Origin: Vicugna vicugna
Lineage: Eukaryota
Assembly (NCBI GenBank): GCA_013265495.1
Contig: MU058444.1
Coordinates: 868,001 to 932,000 of the forward strand
Direction of reading: 5' to 3'
Length of the DNA stretch: 64,000 bases
Positions 37,871-52,500 of the stretch are shown piece by piece. Each line of letters begins with the position of its first letter. Within the stretch, counting starts at the first letter, position 1. The position numbers and the translations under genes are program-made. The notes below the pieces were generated by a model, which made no database searches, was not told the DNA's origin, and was given only the letters and a program-made list of their open reading frames with translations.

Positions 37871-40800
37871 TACAAGGTTTTGATCCTTGGTTCTATTCTC
37901 TCTGCATTTTATTCCTTACCTCCCCCTTTCCACTTCCACACCTACTGCTCTTTACAACTCCGGTGTGGCCGTGGCTTCTGAACGTTGCCCTTTGGTTCTA
38001 GTTGACTGACGGTCCGCCATCTTTACCAACATGGCTCGCCGGACTTTCAAATGCAGTTATGTCCAAAACAGTAGCTGGCAGCTTATGAAACTCACTGAAG
38101 GTTTTCTCCCGTCTTCTCTCTCTGTTAAAGGCATCATCACTTCCTTAGATATCCGGGCCCCAGCACCTTGGAATCACACGTGATTCAGCCCTCTGGCATC
38201 TTGCACCTTCAGTTTTGTCAGCGGGCTCTGAGTCTTGGACTCCTGGCCACGTCTACCTCCTCCTCATTCCCTCCATTGCTGCCACCCAAGTTCTGCTCTC
38301 GACTTTTCATGGTTAATGGCAACGGTCCCTTTAACGCCTCTGGCTACAGTGTCAATTCTGCTTTCTCCAGTCTTCCTCCAGTCACTTGCCAGAAGGATCG
38401 ATGAGTGTGTTACCCTTTTCTGATAACGAACCTTTGTATTTTTGCCACCATGTTTTAGGAGTAATCTGCCGTGCAGCAGTAGATAACTGTTGTAGGAAGC
38501 CTGATTTCTGCTAGTGAGATGAGATCACTCCTGAGAATTCTTTTGACCAGCTCCTTGACACAGTCTATTCGTATTGCAGTTCACTGTTAATACATTTTAT
38601 CGTTGATGTATTAGGGCAAATTTTTACAAGTCTACACTGTTTAGTAAACTCGGTAAATACATCAGTGCTTAAAATACGACCCAAATTTCTATCAGTTCAG
38701 TAACTGAACACTTTATACCTTGGGAGAAACCTAGCTAGATGTTTCCCATCACCTGGTGGTTCTTAAAAGGCATTCTCAGCATCCTAAGTGTCACATGTCC
38801 CACTCTGATTTATGTCCAACCTCTGTGGACCAGTTAAAATATCATGATTCTACTAAATCAAGTGGCGTGCAGAGCCAATTGCTAAGTCAGACCTAAAGTC
38901 AAATATCTGAAGAAAGTGATTGGAGATGGAAAATGATTCTTTTATAAAAACTTTCTAAAATTTAGCATCTAGAATTCTCCTTTGCTCATATTTATATGAA
39001 GAGACACATAAAAGGAGTCTCCAAGGAGTCCTTTGCAGGACACACGTGCATGTATGTGAAGCCTCAATCTTTCTTCCTGGAGACTTCCCACTTGTCTCCA
39101 TTTCGGAAGTGATTTGATGTTCTAATTACTTTAAGTGTTACAAGTGCTAAAAGATAATTGGTTTCTTGTCACCTCCCTTTAACCTGAATCAGTATGTTTT
39201 ATGGTGGTCGGAGAACAGTACCCTTTAATTATTCCAAGAAGGAAACTGTTCTTTACCATTTGAACGTTTATATATGTCTGTTAATTTAGGGGTTAATTTA
39301 AGGGTGAGAGAGAAGAGCTCTTTCTAGGCTCATATTTAATAGCGTGTCTCTTGCATTTTAATTACAAAAGCGCTGTAGTATATGTCAACAGTGGCCTGGG
39401 GTGACTGTGGTGTCTGTTGATTTAAGTGGCTCTCCTAATGTTCTGTATCTAAATTCAGGAGGCAGTACAGTAGCTCTGTCCCGAATTTACAAGCTCCAGG
39501 CCATACGAAAGCTTTTTTTTTTTCCCTTCCTGGTAGAATAGTGGTCAGATGGTTCATGTTGTCTGTTTGGATTCTGATGAGTCTGTTGGTTTTGTTTAGG
39601 ATGATGGTCATAGGTAAATGGGGGGAAATATAACCTACTTTCCGTAACTTAACATATGTGTGTGATGTCTGCCAATAAAAAAAACACACCTGCCAAAAAT
39701 GTGAAAAATGCATTATATTTTATGCAGGTGACTTATACTGGAGGGAACATGGTTGAAGAGATTTTAATTAAGAATATGTGGCATCTTAGCGGACCTAAGA
39801 AACAACTCTACAGGGGTCTGCCTCAGCCATCTGGTGTTTGAATGAACATTTTTGTTTTTTATTGAAATAGGATACAAAGCCCATTTCTTAAGAGTTCAGT
39901 GGATGGCATATTAGAAAGGGTAGCAGACCCTTGGAATTTAGGATGCTAATGGAGCATGGCTTTATTTGGCCAGAAAAGTCTTAGAAATCATCGATCTGAT
40001 ATTGTACCACTTCACAAAGAAACTTCAGAATATGCCAATGTATGTGACTGCTCAGGGCGGGGTTATGAACGTGGACTTGGGATCCAGATGGCATGGCTTT
40101 GAATCTCAGCTCGACCACTGAGCTTTTCCTATGCGTTAGGTATGACGCTACGTCTCGAAAAGAGGTTTCCGTTCCATCCTCGAAAGCACTGTGGCGGTGG
40201 GTTTTATTTTCCCATTTTTCAGATAAAAAGACTGAGGTTTTCAAGAAGTTAAGAAACTTGACCCAGGTTAGCACGGTTGTTCCAAAGACTGGAACCTAAT
40301 GATTGCCAGGGCGTTTACAGGTACCGTGGACCAGTCTGTGTTCTGGCTTTGACTTCCTCAGGCAATATGTCTTCCAGCATGACTGTTGAATTTTAACACA
40401 CGCTCACGTGTCAAGGCATCCCATATTCTGAAAATAAGCATTTGAAGTTCATGTTCATAGTAAACACCCAGCTCAATATAGAAGCTCAGTAAGACTGTAT
40501 CAGGTTGACAGTGTTGCTCTCCGTTATGCAAAATTGTGTGTTGTTATCCTCTTGAAACCAGTACGGTGAAATCCTGGTACCAGTAAGATCAACAATCGTC
40601 TCATCCCCTGAGACCATTATGTTAAAGGATTTCTTGTCATTGGAAAGAAGATATAACACATTATACACCCACTTGAAAGAAGTTGAAAATGTTGCGATGA
40701 CACAGCGTTGGCATGATGTTGAAAGATAGTCAAATAACTTATGTAGGTTCTTATAAAAATAGCATTTGCTTCCTTGATTTAGTCCCTGAATATCGGACAT

Positions 40801-43800
40801 AAAGAAAAGAAATAACAGTTGCTGGCTGAAATTAGGCTGTTTGGCACTAAGTTCTACCTTGGAATGACTTTGAAGAGAAGTCAGTATTTTACAGTCAGAT
40901 GATGGTTTAAATTAATTGAGCCCTTTCCCTCGGACAGGTCAATGATGTTTAGTGACAGGTGTGTCATTGGTGTGGCAGGTAGCCGACTTGACAGACTGTG
41001 TTTCCTTCCAGGAGTCCCTCCACTGCCTCCCTTTCCAGTCTTCAGAGGTCAGCTGTCTCCCCATCCCTGGGTCTTGCTTAGGGAGGTTAAGACTGACTTC
41101 ATTTCCATTCATGATTTGCGAATTTGCCACCATCTTCCTGAATCACTTTCAGCCCAGTTGTTTCTTATTTCATCTACCTCTTGGCAAAGGGAGTGTCTTA
41201 TTGGATCAGACACTGTGTTTTATACCTCTCTGCTTTGCTTCTGACGTTGACATCCAGCTGCCTGTTGTGACATAGAGTAACTGTTCCACAAAGTTGCCCC
41301 TCCCAAATAGAAGACTGTACCCCCGAGAGCCCCCCATGTTCTGTTCCAGAGCTCTGAATCTATCAATCATGAATTCACTTTTGGTAGTTCTAGATCACAC
41401 ATCCATTGTTTTGAGCAACTTCCAGAGGTAGACATTTCCTAAATCCAGTATCTCCTATATGGGATTTCTTCTCATCTGTGGCTCCATTAGCAGGAATTGT
41501 CTGGGTCTCCCGTGGTTTCAGCCTTCAGTTCTAGCGCGATCATATATATTCTCTCTGAGAATTCTAATTAATTTGTCGGGAGGCCACGTGCCCTGTTTAA
41601 TCCTTACAGCCGTCTTGTTTTCGACCATTTCCAAACCTTTGGTATGTGCTGTGAGATAAAAGAACTGTAGAATTCTGGGCAAACCTCCTTTATGTTGTGT
41701 AAGAGTCAGACTGCTCTTTTCATCTTATTTCTAGTTCTCTACTAGCGAGCTCCAAAATCTTATATACATAGAACCTGCAGCTCACTTGGGAGAAAAAAAC
41801 AAGTCTCATTAAGATAGAATTTTTCAAGGAGTACAATTTCCCATATTTGTTCTGTCTACGCACAAGAATCCTGAGGGGTCCTTCAGCGTCAGCCTTGAGG
41901 ACAAAACAAAATGATTTATTCAGAATGACTGAACTCCAGGGTGCAATTTTGTATAGTCTGATTTCATAAATACTTAAAACAAATAACGTTTTGATAATCA
42001 AATAGAACTAGTCTCACTTATAAGAACACAGCACAATAGCGAGGTAGATAAAAGATAATAAAAAATAACCTGAAATAATTTTGGTGGTTTTATTTGTAGA
42101 TTTTTTCCCTATGTATATGTTTCTCTATATTTCAATAAATGGGTTAACATCCCACATACTGCTTTGAACCTGGCTTATTTTTACTACTGCTTTCCATTAT
42201 ATGGATGCACTATAGCTGTAATGCCGTATGATTTATTGGGCATGCCAGCTGTTTACAATGTATGCAGTCACCGAGGGTGCAGAGGTGAACATGCAAATGT
42301 ACGTCTCTACATTTGAGTGCCATCTGTCCTGGGAATTGGTTTGGTGGGTAAAAGGATGTGTTTGGTACCTATTAGCTGTAAAGAACATCACCAGATTGTC
42401 ACCTAGGAAAGTTGTCTCAATTTCCACCGCCCCTGAGATTTTCCCTCACCACCTGCCAACGTGGAGTGTTTGTCAGTCACTTCAATGTTTTTTGACAGGA
42501 TGACAGGGAAAACATGCCAGTGAATTCACAGCACTGTCTGTTACTGGGTTTTTGTACCACGTCTCATAGGTCTATTGGCCACATGTATTGGTTTTAACCA
42601 TTTTTCTTTGGCGGGTAATAGTCTTTTCGTATTTCCTAACTCCATCCATGTAATAACACTGCTCTTTCTCAGCTGTTCTAAAATCCTCTTCACCTAACAG
42701 CATCTTAGATGTATTTTAACTCGTTCTTCCTTCGTTCTATTGTCCATTCTTTTCTAACTGGTCCATTTTTATATTCTGGCAGAATATTTCACTTTCAGTG
42801 ACTCTTTTCTTTGAATTTTTCTATGAACTTACATTTTGTTTTCTGGGCAAATATTAGAACCATTGTTCTATGTGCTTACAGATCACACATGTATAGGGTA
42901 AGTTCTAAAAGTCACTTCCCAGCTCCTCCTCACTAAGGAATGAGTCTCACCCCTTGTCCGGTGTGACTGGGAGAGAGTCATTAGACCGAAACTCTCCTGG
43001 GCGCCTTGGATGGTTATTGATCCCCACCCCATTTGGCCAAAGTATTTTTAGCTTCTTATTTTAAGGCTCTTATGAGTAATCTCAAAGGGTTTAATGTCTT
43101 CTTTTTTTAATTGTTCAGTGTTCAATGGTTAAGTCATGAGTCAATGTTCTTACAAAAATCCTAAGTGAAAGACTGCTTCTCTCTCTTCTAAGATGCTCTG
43201 CAGACAAGCTGGTCTTCTCAGTTCTGTGATGGTGTTAGGGAGTGATGGTCCGTCCGTACCCAGGCAGTTACCAACAGCATGTCCACCTGAGCAAACAAAA
43301 CTTCTCCAAAAGCAGTGAGTCGCTTGTCTTCCAAAAGTCCGAGGGCCCCCTACTGAATGAATGCACAAGTGCTGCCATTTCTACCTAGAAGTACTGTTGT
43401 CCAAAGGTTAAGTATTGTTCTAACCTCGCTTCTTGCCTCCTGGCTCCTGTGACAAGATAAACACTCCTCCGCTGTGCCCTGCCCTCTCCTCCAGCCTGGA
43501 TTTACTACCTCTTTAGGTTCGGCAGAGAAAGAGCCCAGTGTATTTTTTTTTAACTTAAAATAAACAAATGGATCTGACCCCACCTCTGCCCATTCCAGTC
43601 TGCAGTGTTTGTTCTGTGGGTGGCCGAAAGAGATGGTTTGTTGACTGACAAATGTCTGACTGTTGAGACCTTAGACTAAGAGATTCAGAGAGCGAGCCAG
43701 CCGACGACCTGAGCACTAGAACTGTGAGTGAGGCCGGGAAAGAGTGAGAACCAGGGTGGGGCTCCGGATCCAGGAGTCTCCCAAGGGCCGACTTGGGCAG

Positions 43801-44732
43801 GGTGCCAGGGGGAGGCCAAGACCGACTTCTGGAGAAGCCAAGCAGTAGAAAGAAGCAAAGACAACATCCATCCAAGGGAACAGGGAAAGAGGGGAAAAGA
43901 GATGAGAAAATCAGAGGGAGGGAAGGAAAAGAGGAAGGGGAGGGAAGGGGGTGGGAGGGAGGGAGGGAGGGGAGATGAAAAACCTGTAGGGAAAAGGAAG
44001 ACCCTTCTGGAGAGGCATGGAAAAGCCCCCTGAGGCAGGAGCCCGGGGGGAAGTTAGCAGACACAGATCTGAGGAGCAGCTGCCGGCCACCGCCAATGTC
44101 ACGGAGTTTCCTCAGAGTCAAGTTCTGTGCTTCCACCCAAAGTAAGAGGGAGGGATGGAGGAAAGGGCATGGTCAGCCCAGCATGGTTATTTGAGAAAAT
44201 AGGAGGCTGGAGGGCAGCTTGAATCACTGCTGGCACCACCCCTGCCTCCCACAGCTGCATCCCCACTGACCGGAGCCAGCAGGGATCCCTGCTCAGAAAA
44301 CAGGTCCCCTTCCTCATTCCAAGATGAAGCTCTCCGTGTGTGTGTCATTGTGCCAAAAGGACTAAACGAAGAATCAGAAACTTTTGTTTCAAATGACCCT
44401 CCTGTCTCCTCTTTACTGAGTACCGGAAATTCCATTTAAATGGAATCTTCAAACGACCACGAATTACAGAGACTCTGGTTCAATTTGGAAATGCACTAGC
44501 TCATTTATACTGTTAAGAGCAGATCGAAGTACCAGTAATCCGTGACACTGACCCCATGGGCTGAATTAAGCTGGCGCCGCCTTACCTATTTTATCCTTTT
44601 AAAATTTAAATTTAAAAAAACCAACTTTTTTTCTAGGCTTAGAACTCAATCTAGTATATAGTACATAGTCAAACAAGACAAGATATTTACTATTCCCACA
44701 GCTAATAGGCGATTTTAAAAACACGATGATTT

Positions 44733-44985
44733 TAGAAAATAAATTTACGGTTGGGGGGAGGGGTGGGTGGAGAGGGATAAACTGGGAGGCTGAGATTTGC
44801 AGATACTACTATGTGTGAAATAGATACACAACAAGGTCCTACTGTGGAGCGCAGGGAACTGTATCCAACAGCTTGTTACAGCCTGTGATGAGAAAGAATG
44901 TGAAAAGGAATATATATGCATAACTGAGCCACTATCCTGCACACCAGAAATTAACACAGCATTGTAAATTGACTATGTGTCAATT
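44733..44985 (+). mobile_element. 5'-truncated L1 3'-UTR with TSD
   Basis: L1 3'-UTR (GGGATAAACTGGGAG...GAGATTTGCAGATAC...). TSD at 44717-44732 and 44986-45001. Confidence 0.88.
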
Positions 44986-46745
44986 AAAAACATGACGATT
45001 TGATAGAATGATCTTTAAAATCTGGTAAAAATATGACTAAATAGCAACCCACTGAAATAGCCTTTCAGGTGTAAGTATTACACTGTCTCTTCCAACCAAT
45101 GTGTATATATGAACCTTTTTGATTAGACGTTATTTTTGGTTCTATTAAAATTCATTCTCTTTTATCAAGTGCTCATTTCCATTTTATTCTATTATTGTAA
45201 TATGTTTAGGGTAAACAGGACCATCAAACGTAAAGCCCATTACAGTTACGTGGAGAAAACCTACTTTTTACTACGCACTGTGTGCCCCTTTCTAGGCGAT
45301 GCCTTCTCTTCAGTGCTGGTTAACGGTAACAAACAAATGTTAGAAACGTATTTCAGCCTTTTTTTGTTTCTTTAGTGGAGGAAAGCCATTATCTAAATTA
45401 GTCTTAGAGAGTATAATTTTATTTGCTGATCTCAGTCGTTGGGAGATGTTCTCACAGAAAACAAGCAGACGACTCCGAAGCGTTGTTGAACGTGGCTGAA
45501 ATCCACATGTGGCTGGTGATTCCGAGGGACGTCAGTGGCTGTTCCGCTGGCTCCACGCTGTTCTCATTAGGTCCTTGCTCTCTTTCCTCCCACTTGATCT
45601 TGACTTTCAACATCGATCCCTAACATCTCCTTAGCTTGCAGCATGAGGAGCGAATGTCGCGAGATGGAGGAAGCAGAAGAGAAGTCTTGGTGATGTTTTC
45701 ATAGAGAATGTTTGATGACGTTTTGTTGTTGTTGTTGTTGTTGTTGTTTTGTTTGTTTGTTTGTTTAAGAAGCATAGAATCTCAGAGTTTGAAGGTACTT
45801 CAGAGGTCGGAATTGATCTAATTCATGCCTTTGCTCAACGAATGAATTTCTTCTATTCTATGCAGGATTCCAGTTACACACTGGACCAGACTTCAGAGAA
45901 TGTATTAGGGTTTGGAGGACTCTCAGAAAAGAGACTTAATGATGTAGCTATTATGTTGACATATTTAGTTTGAGTCTCTATGTGATTTTTTTTCAAAGGA
46001 ATGGGATTAAACAGCTGTGACATAGAATCGGTCATGAAAGAAAATCCACTTGAGGGGTAAAAAAAAAAATTACTATTACTTATTTAAGGCTCTTCTTTAC
46101 CAAAATTTGGAAGAAGGAAAATTAAGTGGGATGACACTTGGGAAATACAGGGCAGCTGTTTTTACCTCATTTAGTGACCAAATGGAAATCACTGCCTTCT
46201 TGAGATTTCATGAAAACAACAAAAACAAAAACAAAAACAAACAAACAAAAAATGCCTAGCAAGTGCTGGCGAAGATGCTGGTAAAAGACATTCTGCTAAT
46301 TGCAGTCAGTGATTTCATTCACTTTCCATTTCCTTTTACCCTCATCCCACTTTATTTTTTTCCCCTCCATTTCTTTATTGGAAACTAAGCAATGTCTTTC
46401 CTGAGCCATTCTCCATACACTTTTGCAGTCTGGTTCCTGACCTGACAAGGTGCTTTCATTTTGAGAAATATCCCTAAATGTTCCTACAGTTCAGCCACCA
46501 AAGAGAAGAGCCCGTTTAAAGACTGAAACTTTGTCTTACTTAAATATTCTATGGATTTTTAGTATGGATGAGCATTGGATTTATTCTGATGACTTGATTT
46601 TTAATTTTTAAGTTACTGAGATTGATTTTTCAAATAACTGCTTTTCAGCTATACTTGTTTAGAAAAAAAATCTAGCCATAATTTTCATATCCCATATAAT
46701 TCATGCATGTACTGGAAACCATCCCCAGTGGGTTTATATACATTT

Positions 46746-47586
46746 TTTTTCCTTCTAGTTTTACTGAGATAGAATTGACAGACAGTACTGTATAAGTTCA
46801 AGGTGTACAGCGTCATGATTTGACTTACATACATCATGAAATGATGACTGCAGGAAGTTTAGTGAACATCCATCATCTCATACAGATACCAAATTAAATA
46901 GAAAATAATTTTTCCTTGTGATGAGAATTCTTAGGATTTACTCTCTTGACAACTCTCATATGTAACACACAGCAGTGTTAATTATATTTATCACGTACAT
47001 TACATCCCTGGTGCTTGATTATCTTATAACTGGAAGTTTGTTCCTTTTCACTATCATCATCCAGTTCTCCCCCAGCCCCCGACCTCTGGTAACAACAAAT
47101 CTGATCTCTTTTTCTTTGAGTTTGTTTTTGAAGTATAATCAACCTCCAACACTATGTTAGTTCCTGGTCTACAACCTAGTGATTCAATATTACTATACAT
47201 TTCAAAATGATGACCAAGATGAGTCTAGTTACCATCTGTCACCATGCAAAGATATTATGTAGTTATTGACTATATTCCCCACACTGTGCATTTCATACCT
47301 GTGACTCATTTATTTTATAACTTGAAGTTTGTAGCTCTCAATCTTCCTATCTATTTCTTTCCTTCCCCCAATGCCCTTCCCTCTGACAACCACCTGTTTG
47401 TTCTCTGTATCTATGACTCTTTCTGTTTGGTTATGTTTGTTCATTTGTTTTCTTTTTTAGAGTCTACATATAAGTGAATGTGTCTTTCTCTGCCTGACTT
47501 ACTTCACTTAACATAATACCCTCTGGGTCCATCTATGTTATCACAAATGGCAAGATTTCGTTCTTTGTTATGGCTGAGTAATATTC

Positions 47587-47635
<49 letters not shown>

Positions 47636-47987
47636 TGCGCGTGTGTGCGCGTCATATCTCCTTGATCCATTCATCTGTTGATGGTCACTTAGGTTGCTTC
47701 CATATCTTGGTGGTTGTAAATAACACTGCAATGAACATAGGGTTGTGTATATCTTTTTGAATTGTCCTTTTTATATTCGTTGGATAAATACCCTAGGAGT
47801 CGGGATTGCTAGATCGTATGGCAGTTCTATTTTTAATTTTTTGAGAAATCTCCATACTCTTGTCCATAGTGGTTGCCCCAGTTTACATTCCCACCAATTG
47901 TGCAGGAGGGTTCCCTTTTCTCCATATCCTCGCCAACGCTTGTTAACTTGTTTTCTTTTTGATAATAGCCATTCTGGCAGGTGTAAG
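46746..47987 (-). mobile_element. 5'-truncated L1 (ORF2 C-terminus plus 3'-UTR)
   Basis: Minus-strand ORF ..[42 protein letters not shown] is L1 ORF2 near the Cys-rich region. Decayed TSD GTGG..TTTAT.TACATTT at ~46728 and ~47988. Confidence 0.92.
47589..47651. repeat. (GT)n-(GC)n compound microsatellite
   Basis: About 17 GT units followed by alternating GC/GT, seen directly. Confidence 0.95.
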
Positions 47988-49344
47988 GTGGCTTTTATGT
48001 ACATTTGGAATAAAACCTCTTACATTAAGATTCTATTCTGTAATGGTTTCAGACATAGCTCTAGATATATTATAGAGACAAAGTAGAATTTAATACTAGC
48101 TTAGCCCCAGGATATTATAGAGCTTGTCAGAACTTTTAGACAAGATTCAGCACAAAGGATAGAGTTGTATTTCAAGAATACAACGTTGCATCAAACTATT
48201 CCTCATCTCTCACTATCAGTGAAGCACTAACCATGCATCTGGGATCAAACTGGATGCTACCAGAAGAGATGGCTGCCATGTTCTGGAGCCCCCATCTTCC
48301 CCTGATTCAGGCAGGAGGCTGGCTTCAGATATCAGGACGGTAGAGTACTGAACTAGAAGAAACTCATTTCTAGACATAGCTTCATCAATTACTGTGTGGT
48401 TTTAAATAACTATCTCAGTTTCCTTGATCCTTAGTATTTTGTTGCTGATGTCACTGGTGTGAAAGTCTACTCGTCTCTAACGGAGTTTTGAGAAACGGGA
48501 TTCATATTAACACCTTCCACGGTGCAAGTGTTCTTATTCCCAACTTACTGGGATCCATGCTTTCTACATTTACTCCCTGTGCCAATATATTTCGGGACAT
48601 CATTCATTTGAATAGCAAGCTGATGACCTTTAGGGATCTTCCCGTGATTTAATACAGGTGTACACATACTCCATCTGCTACAGCACACCTCCGTCCCAGA
48701 ACTGAGTAAATTTTAAATGAAAAGTACCCCGAGAGATTTCTGAGACAGTGCTTGACTTCGAAAATCACAGGGATTTTTTTTTAGGAACTCAAAATAAGAA
48801 ATGTAAATATTCATTTAAAAATGTTTGCCTGTTTACTGTTTGAAAATAACTCTCCTTGATGCTACAGAGAAACAGCATGAATAATTTCGTAAATTTTGTT
48901 GAGTGATATTGTTAAGTTGATGGGGATACAGAACGGCTGAGCTACGTTCCCCACCCTCCAGTGGTTAATTACTCCCTTGAAAGTGATCAGTAAGCCACAA
49001 GGCTGGTGAAATAAATGCTCTGCTAAATGTGTTCAAACTGTAGCTGGAGCATAGATTAGGCTGCAGTGTATTTAGGCTCAGGGAATGGGCAAAGGCTTTG
49101 TGAAAGAGGTTTGCAGGAAAGCTAGGCCTTGGGAGATGAGTTGGATTTTCAGAGAGAAAGAGAAAGTGGGGACTTTAGACAAAAGGAACTACACAAACAT
49201 GATCTGAAAGAAGGTGAAAGTACTTGGCTATCAGAGCGGGATGCACAGACTATGCAGTGAGATGAGAAACTAAGAAGAGAAGTCACTCAGATGGTGATAG
49301 ACCTTGAATGCTTCTGAATGCCATTTGATTCTACAAATTATGTA

Positions 49345-49538
49345 TTTAAAAAAATTTTTAGTGAAGTATGGTTGATTTGTAATGTTGGGTTCACATTTAC
49401 AGGAAAGTGATTCGGTTATACATATACATGCATATATTTCTTTTCTTTCAGATCCTTTTGCATCATAGGTTACTACAAGAAATCGAATAGAGTGCCCTGT
49501 GCTAGACAGTAGGCCCTTGTTGTTTATCTATTTTATAA
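49345..49538 (-). mobile_element. L1 3'-end fragment with TSD
   Basis: Antisense L1 3'-UTR. TSD GATTCT(AC/GT)AAATTATGTA at 49327-49344 and 49539-49556. Confidence 0.85.
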
Positions 49539-52500
49539 GATTCTGTAAATTATGTAGTTTTAAACAGTTAGTCTGAATGATAGAATGGAAATTTGTAAAA
49601 CTGGAGGCCAGAGCATTTTCCTGAATCCTAGACCCTGACCACCCGCAACCTGAAAGGGTTTCCACCCAGCTTTGTCAGAGATGGCTGAAACGCAACAGAC
49701 CCAAAGCCAACCTCCGTCTTTCCAACCTCACTGACAACGCAAACCACTCAGTCACCCACTCCAGAAATCCGGAAGTTATCTGCACGTCTACTCCCAGTTA
49801 ATAGTCACATTTTATTTTTGCCACCTGCTTCCTAGGTGTCCCTGACACCTGGCCTCCTTTTGACATCTCTGAGCACGTTATCCTCCACCCGCACCCCTCC
49901 CAGACCTGTTTTCCACCTTTCCCGGCCCTTCTTGGGTTTTTCAGGGGCTGACGCTGTAGACTGCATCACTGGGCTCCCTTGCCGCCTGCCTTCCCGATCA
50001 GGAGAGGATGTCCAGGTCGAGGTGCCAGCAGGGGAGCAAAGACCAGAAGGAGAGAAGTTCATTCGCTGTTTGTTTCCTCCCTCGTTCTGTCCCTGCTTGA
50101 GTGACAGGCTTCTGTCTCTGTAGTCGGTTCCCTTCATTGTGCCCATGCTTCTGTAAATAGTCTTTTCCTAAATTTCTCAACACTGAAAACTCTTTGGGAA
50201 ATTTTTCTTGCCGGAACTCTGGATGCTATAATCTCCTTTGCCAATCAGGTTCTGGACCTTGGCAACAGATTTCTAGCTGGTGTTTCTTTCTGGGTTTAGA
50301 AAACGTGCTTCACACTGCTTTGGAGAGCTGGCTTTTCTGAACATGTGATGTTGTGACAGTTTGTAAAAGAGGAGAGTATTCTATAATGACAATTATACAG
50401 CAGGCACATTACGTAACTAATATCTCAGGTTTGTAAAAATATGCATATACCAAGTTGAAAGGAAAATGCCATCGTCCCCAGCATAATTGTGAAATGATTG
50501 CAATTTTTCTTTTCTTTGTCTGTTTTTTTTGTCATTTTTCCCCTGGAGGTAGAGAAAACCAAGACAATCTCTCTTCCTCTCTCCCTCTCTCAGCCTGTGT
50601 GTGTGAGCATAATTGTGAAAAATACTTTACACATTTTTTCATGTCCTAAGAATACTGCAAACAACTTGTTTGTTTACTTTCTGATCCAGATGCTAGAATT
50701 GAAAGAAATGCCCCTGAATTTTACTTAGGAAGCCTGAGTTCAGTGTATAAAAGGACACTTTAACAGAAAGTCTAAAAAAAACAGGGAGATGATCTTTTTA
50801 ATCATCTGAATAATTAGCCTATCTGAAAAAGGGAGGCTGGGAATCCTTTCTAGATGCCCAGGAATTTGAATTTAACTTGAAATTAATATGTTATTGACAA
50901 CATTCCCTCCTGTCAGATGTTTAAATTTACAAGAGCATTTTGCATAACTCTTTTCTGCACTCCTCCCAGACAACAGGTTACTCTGGTCCCCTTATCTGTT
51001 GGCCGACTTTCTGTTACCTTCGATTAGCTCAATAATAAAACCTTAAGACTAGATTTCTTGTTGAACTGCTTCACATTTTTAATGAGCTGGATAATTTTTC
51101 TTCTATGATTATCTGAATATTTGATGCTTATCTGGTGTACTTTATTTTTTTTTCTTCTTTTTTTTTCGCCATTTGATCTATTTCCAAAAATGAAGTCTCA
51201 ATAAAACCTAAATTACAGGCATATTTAAACTGTTTCAAAAGTATTTCATTTGCCCAAGTTGAAACTCTTAACTTGAATTTTGTTAGAATGAAAGTACCTT
51301 TTTAAATGTTATTTGTGTCCTTATAAATAAAGATAAAATTATTTGTCTTTGGAAATACTTGAAGTTTAAATGACTTTTGAAATGCTGTTTTATAGGTTTG
51401 GTATAGGAATTACTAAATTGAATGTACTACTTCAAGAGAATTTTTATATAGTTTTTGTCCACTTTTGTCTTCATCTCATTTTGTTCCAGTTTCTTTAATC
51501 ATTAACTTCTGTTTTAACTGTATTTATAGCTTTACTAGCTGCTTAAGAATATATTTATATGAAATATATTTTATTTTTCAAATGATAGATTTATGTAGAG
51601 TATTAATCAAGGGTGATATATAAGGACAGGGAGGAACTTCCTTCATTTTACAGATAAACCAGTTTGGATTAATTTAAGGCAGATGGTTGAAATAAATGTG
51701 ATTAGTTCAGCTTTTGATAAAGGCAGTTTCACTTTGAGACAACCTCAATTTTCAGATGTAAAATAATTAATAAACAGAAACTGACTTCCAAGCTAGAATT
51801 CTGCCAGATTTCTTCTTTAGAATCTAATGAAGGAAAATAAATAAATTATACCTTAGAATTTTCCCAGCAGAAAAAGTAAAGATTTTCACTGTGGGATTTT
51901 AATTGTATTAATGAAGACTTCACAATAAAATACTTGCTAATACAGTAGGGAATCTGCATCTTGTTGCTGTAGCCCAGCTGAAAAACGTGCTCTTTTGTGT
52001 CTGTGTTTTGTTTATTTATATAGAATGAGTATCATTAGATGTTCATGATATTTAAGAAACCTGGAGTGTGTGGAAGAGGATACATTGTTTTCAATGTAGT
52101 TTGATGGTCCTCAGAAAATTAAACACTTTCCCCTGCCTCTTAGCTTTTAGAATGACTGTTCCCTACCACCAAATGTGTGCCACTTTTCGAGTTTCAGGCA
52201 TCAAAGTGAAAAATAATACACAATTCTCAGAAGTGAGTGGTGAAAAAAATTATCCGAGAGAAAAGAGAGTCATCAAATAAACTGGGGGTTAAGTACATAT
52301 CATTTTACTCTAGGGTAAAGACAGGAATGAGTTAACATTAAATACAGAAACACTGTTGCAGTATTTCATGACATTTATGTAACTCCTTGATATTCAAGTA
52401 GAAATGACTATTGCATAGGTAAGACCTGTGGTCTTTTTGCCAAGCAGTATGTTTGATTTTTTTATGTCAGGTTGATTGTTTATAGCTGACATTGAAGAGA

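Noticed and set aside
40480..40820. Segment that looked like a decayed coding sequence
   Set aside because: The plus-strand frames I read were interrupted by stops and no family was recognisable; would need BLASTX/Dfam.
43555..44136. 193-aa minus-strand ORF
   Set aside because: Ser/Pro/Leu low complexity from the purine-rich tract; no homology or splice context recognised.
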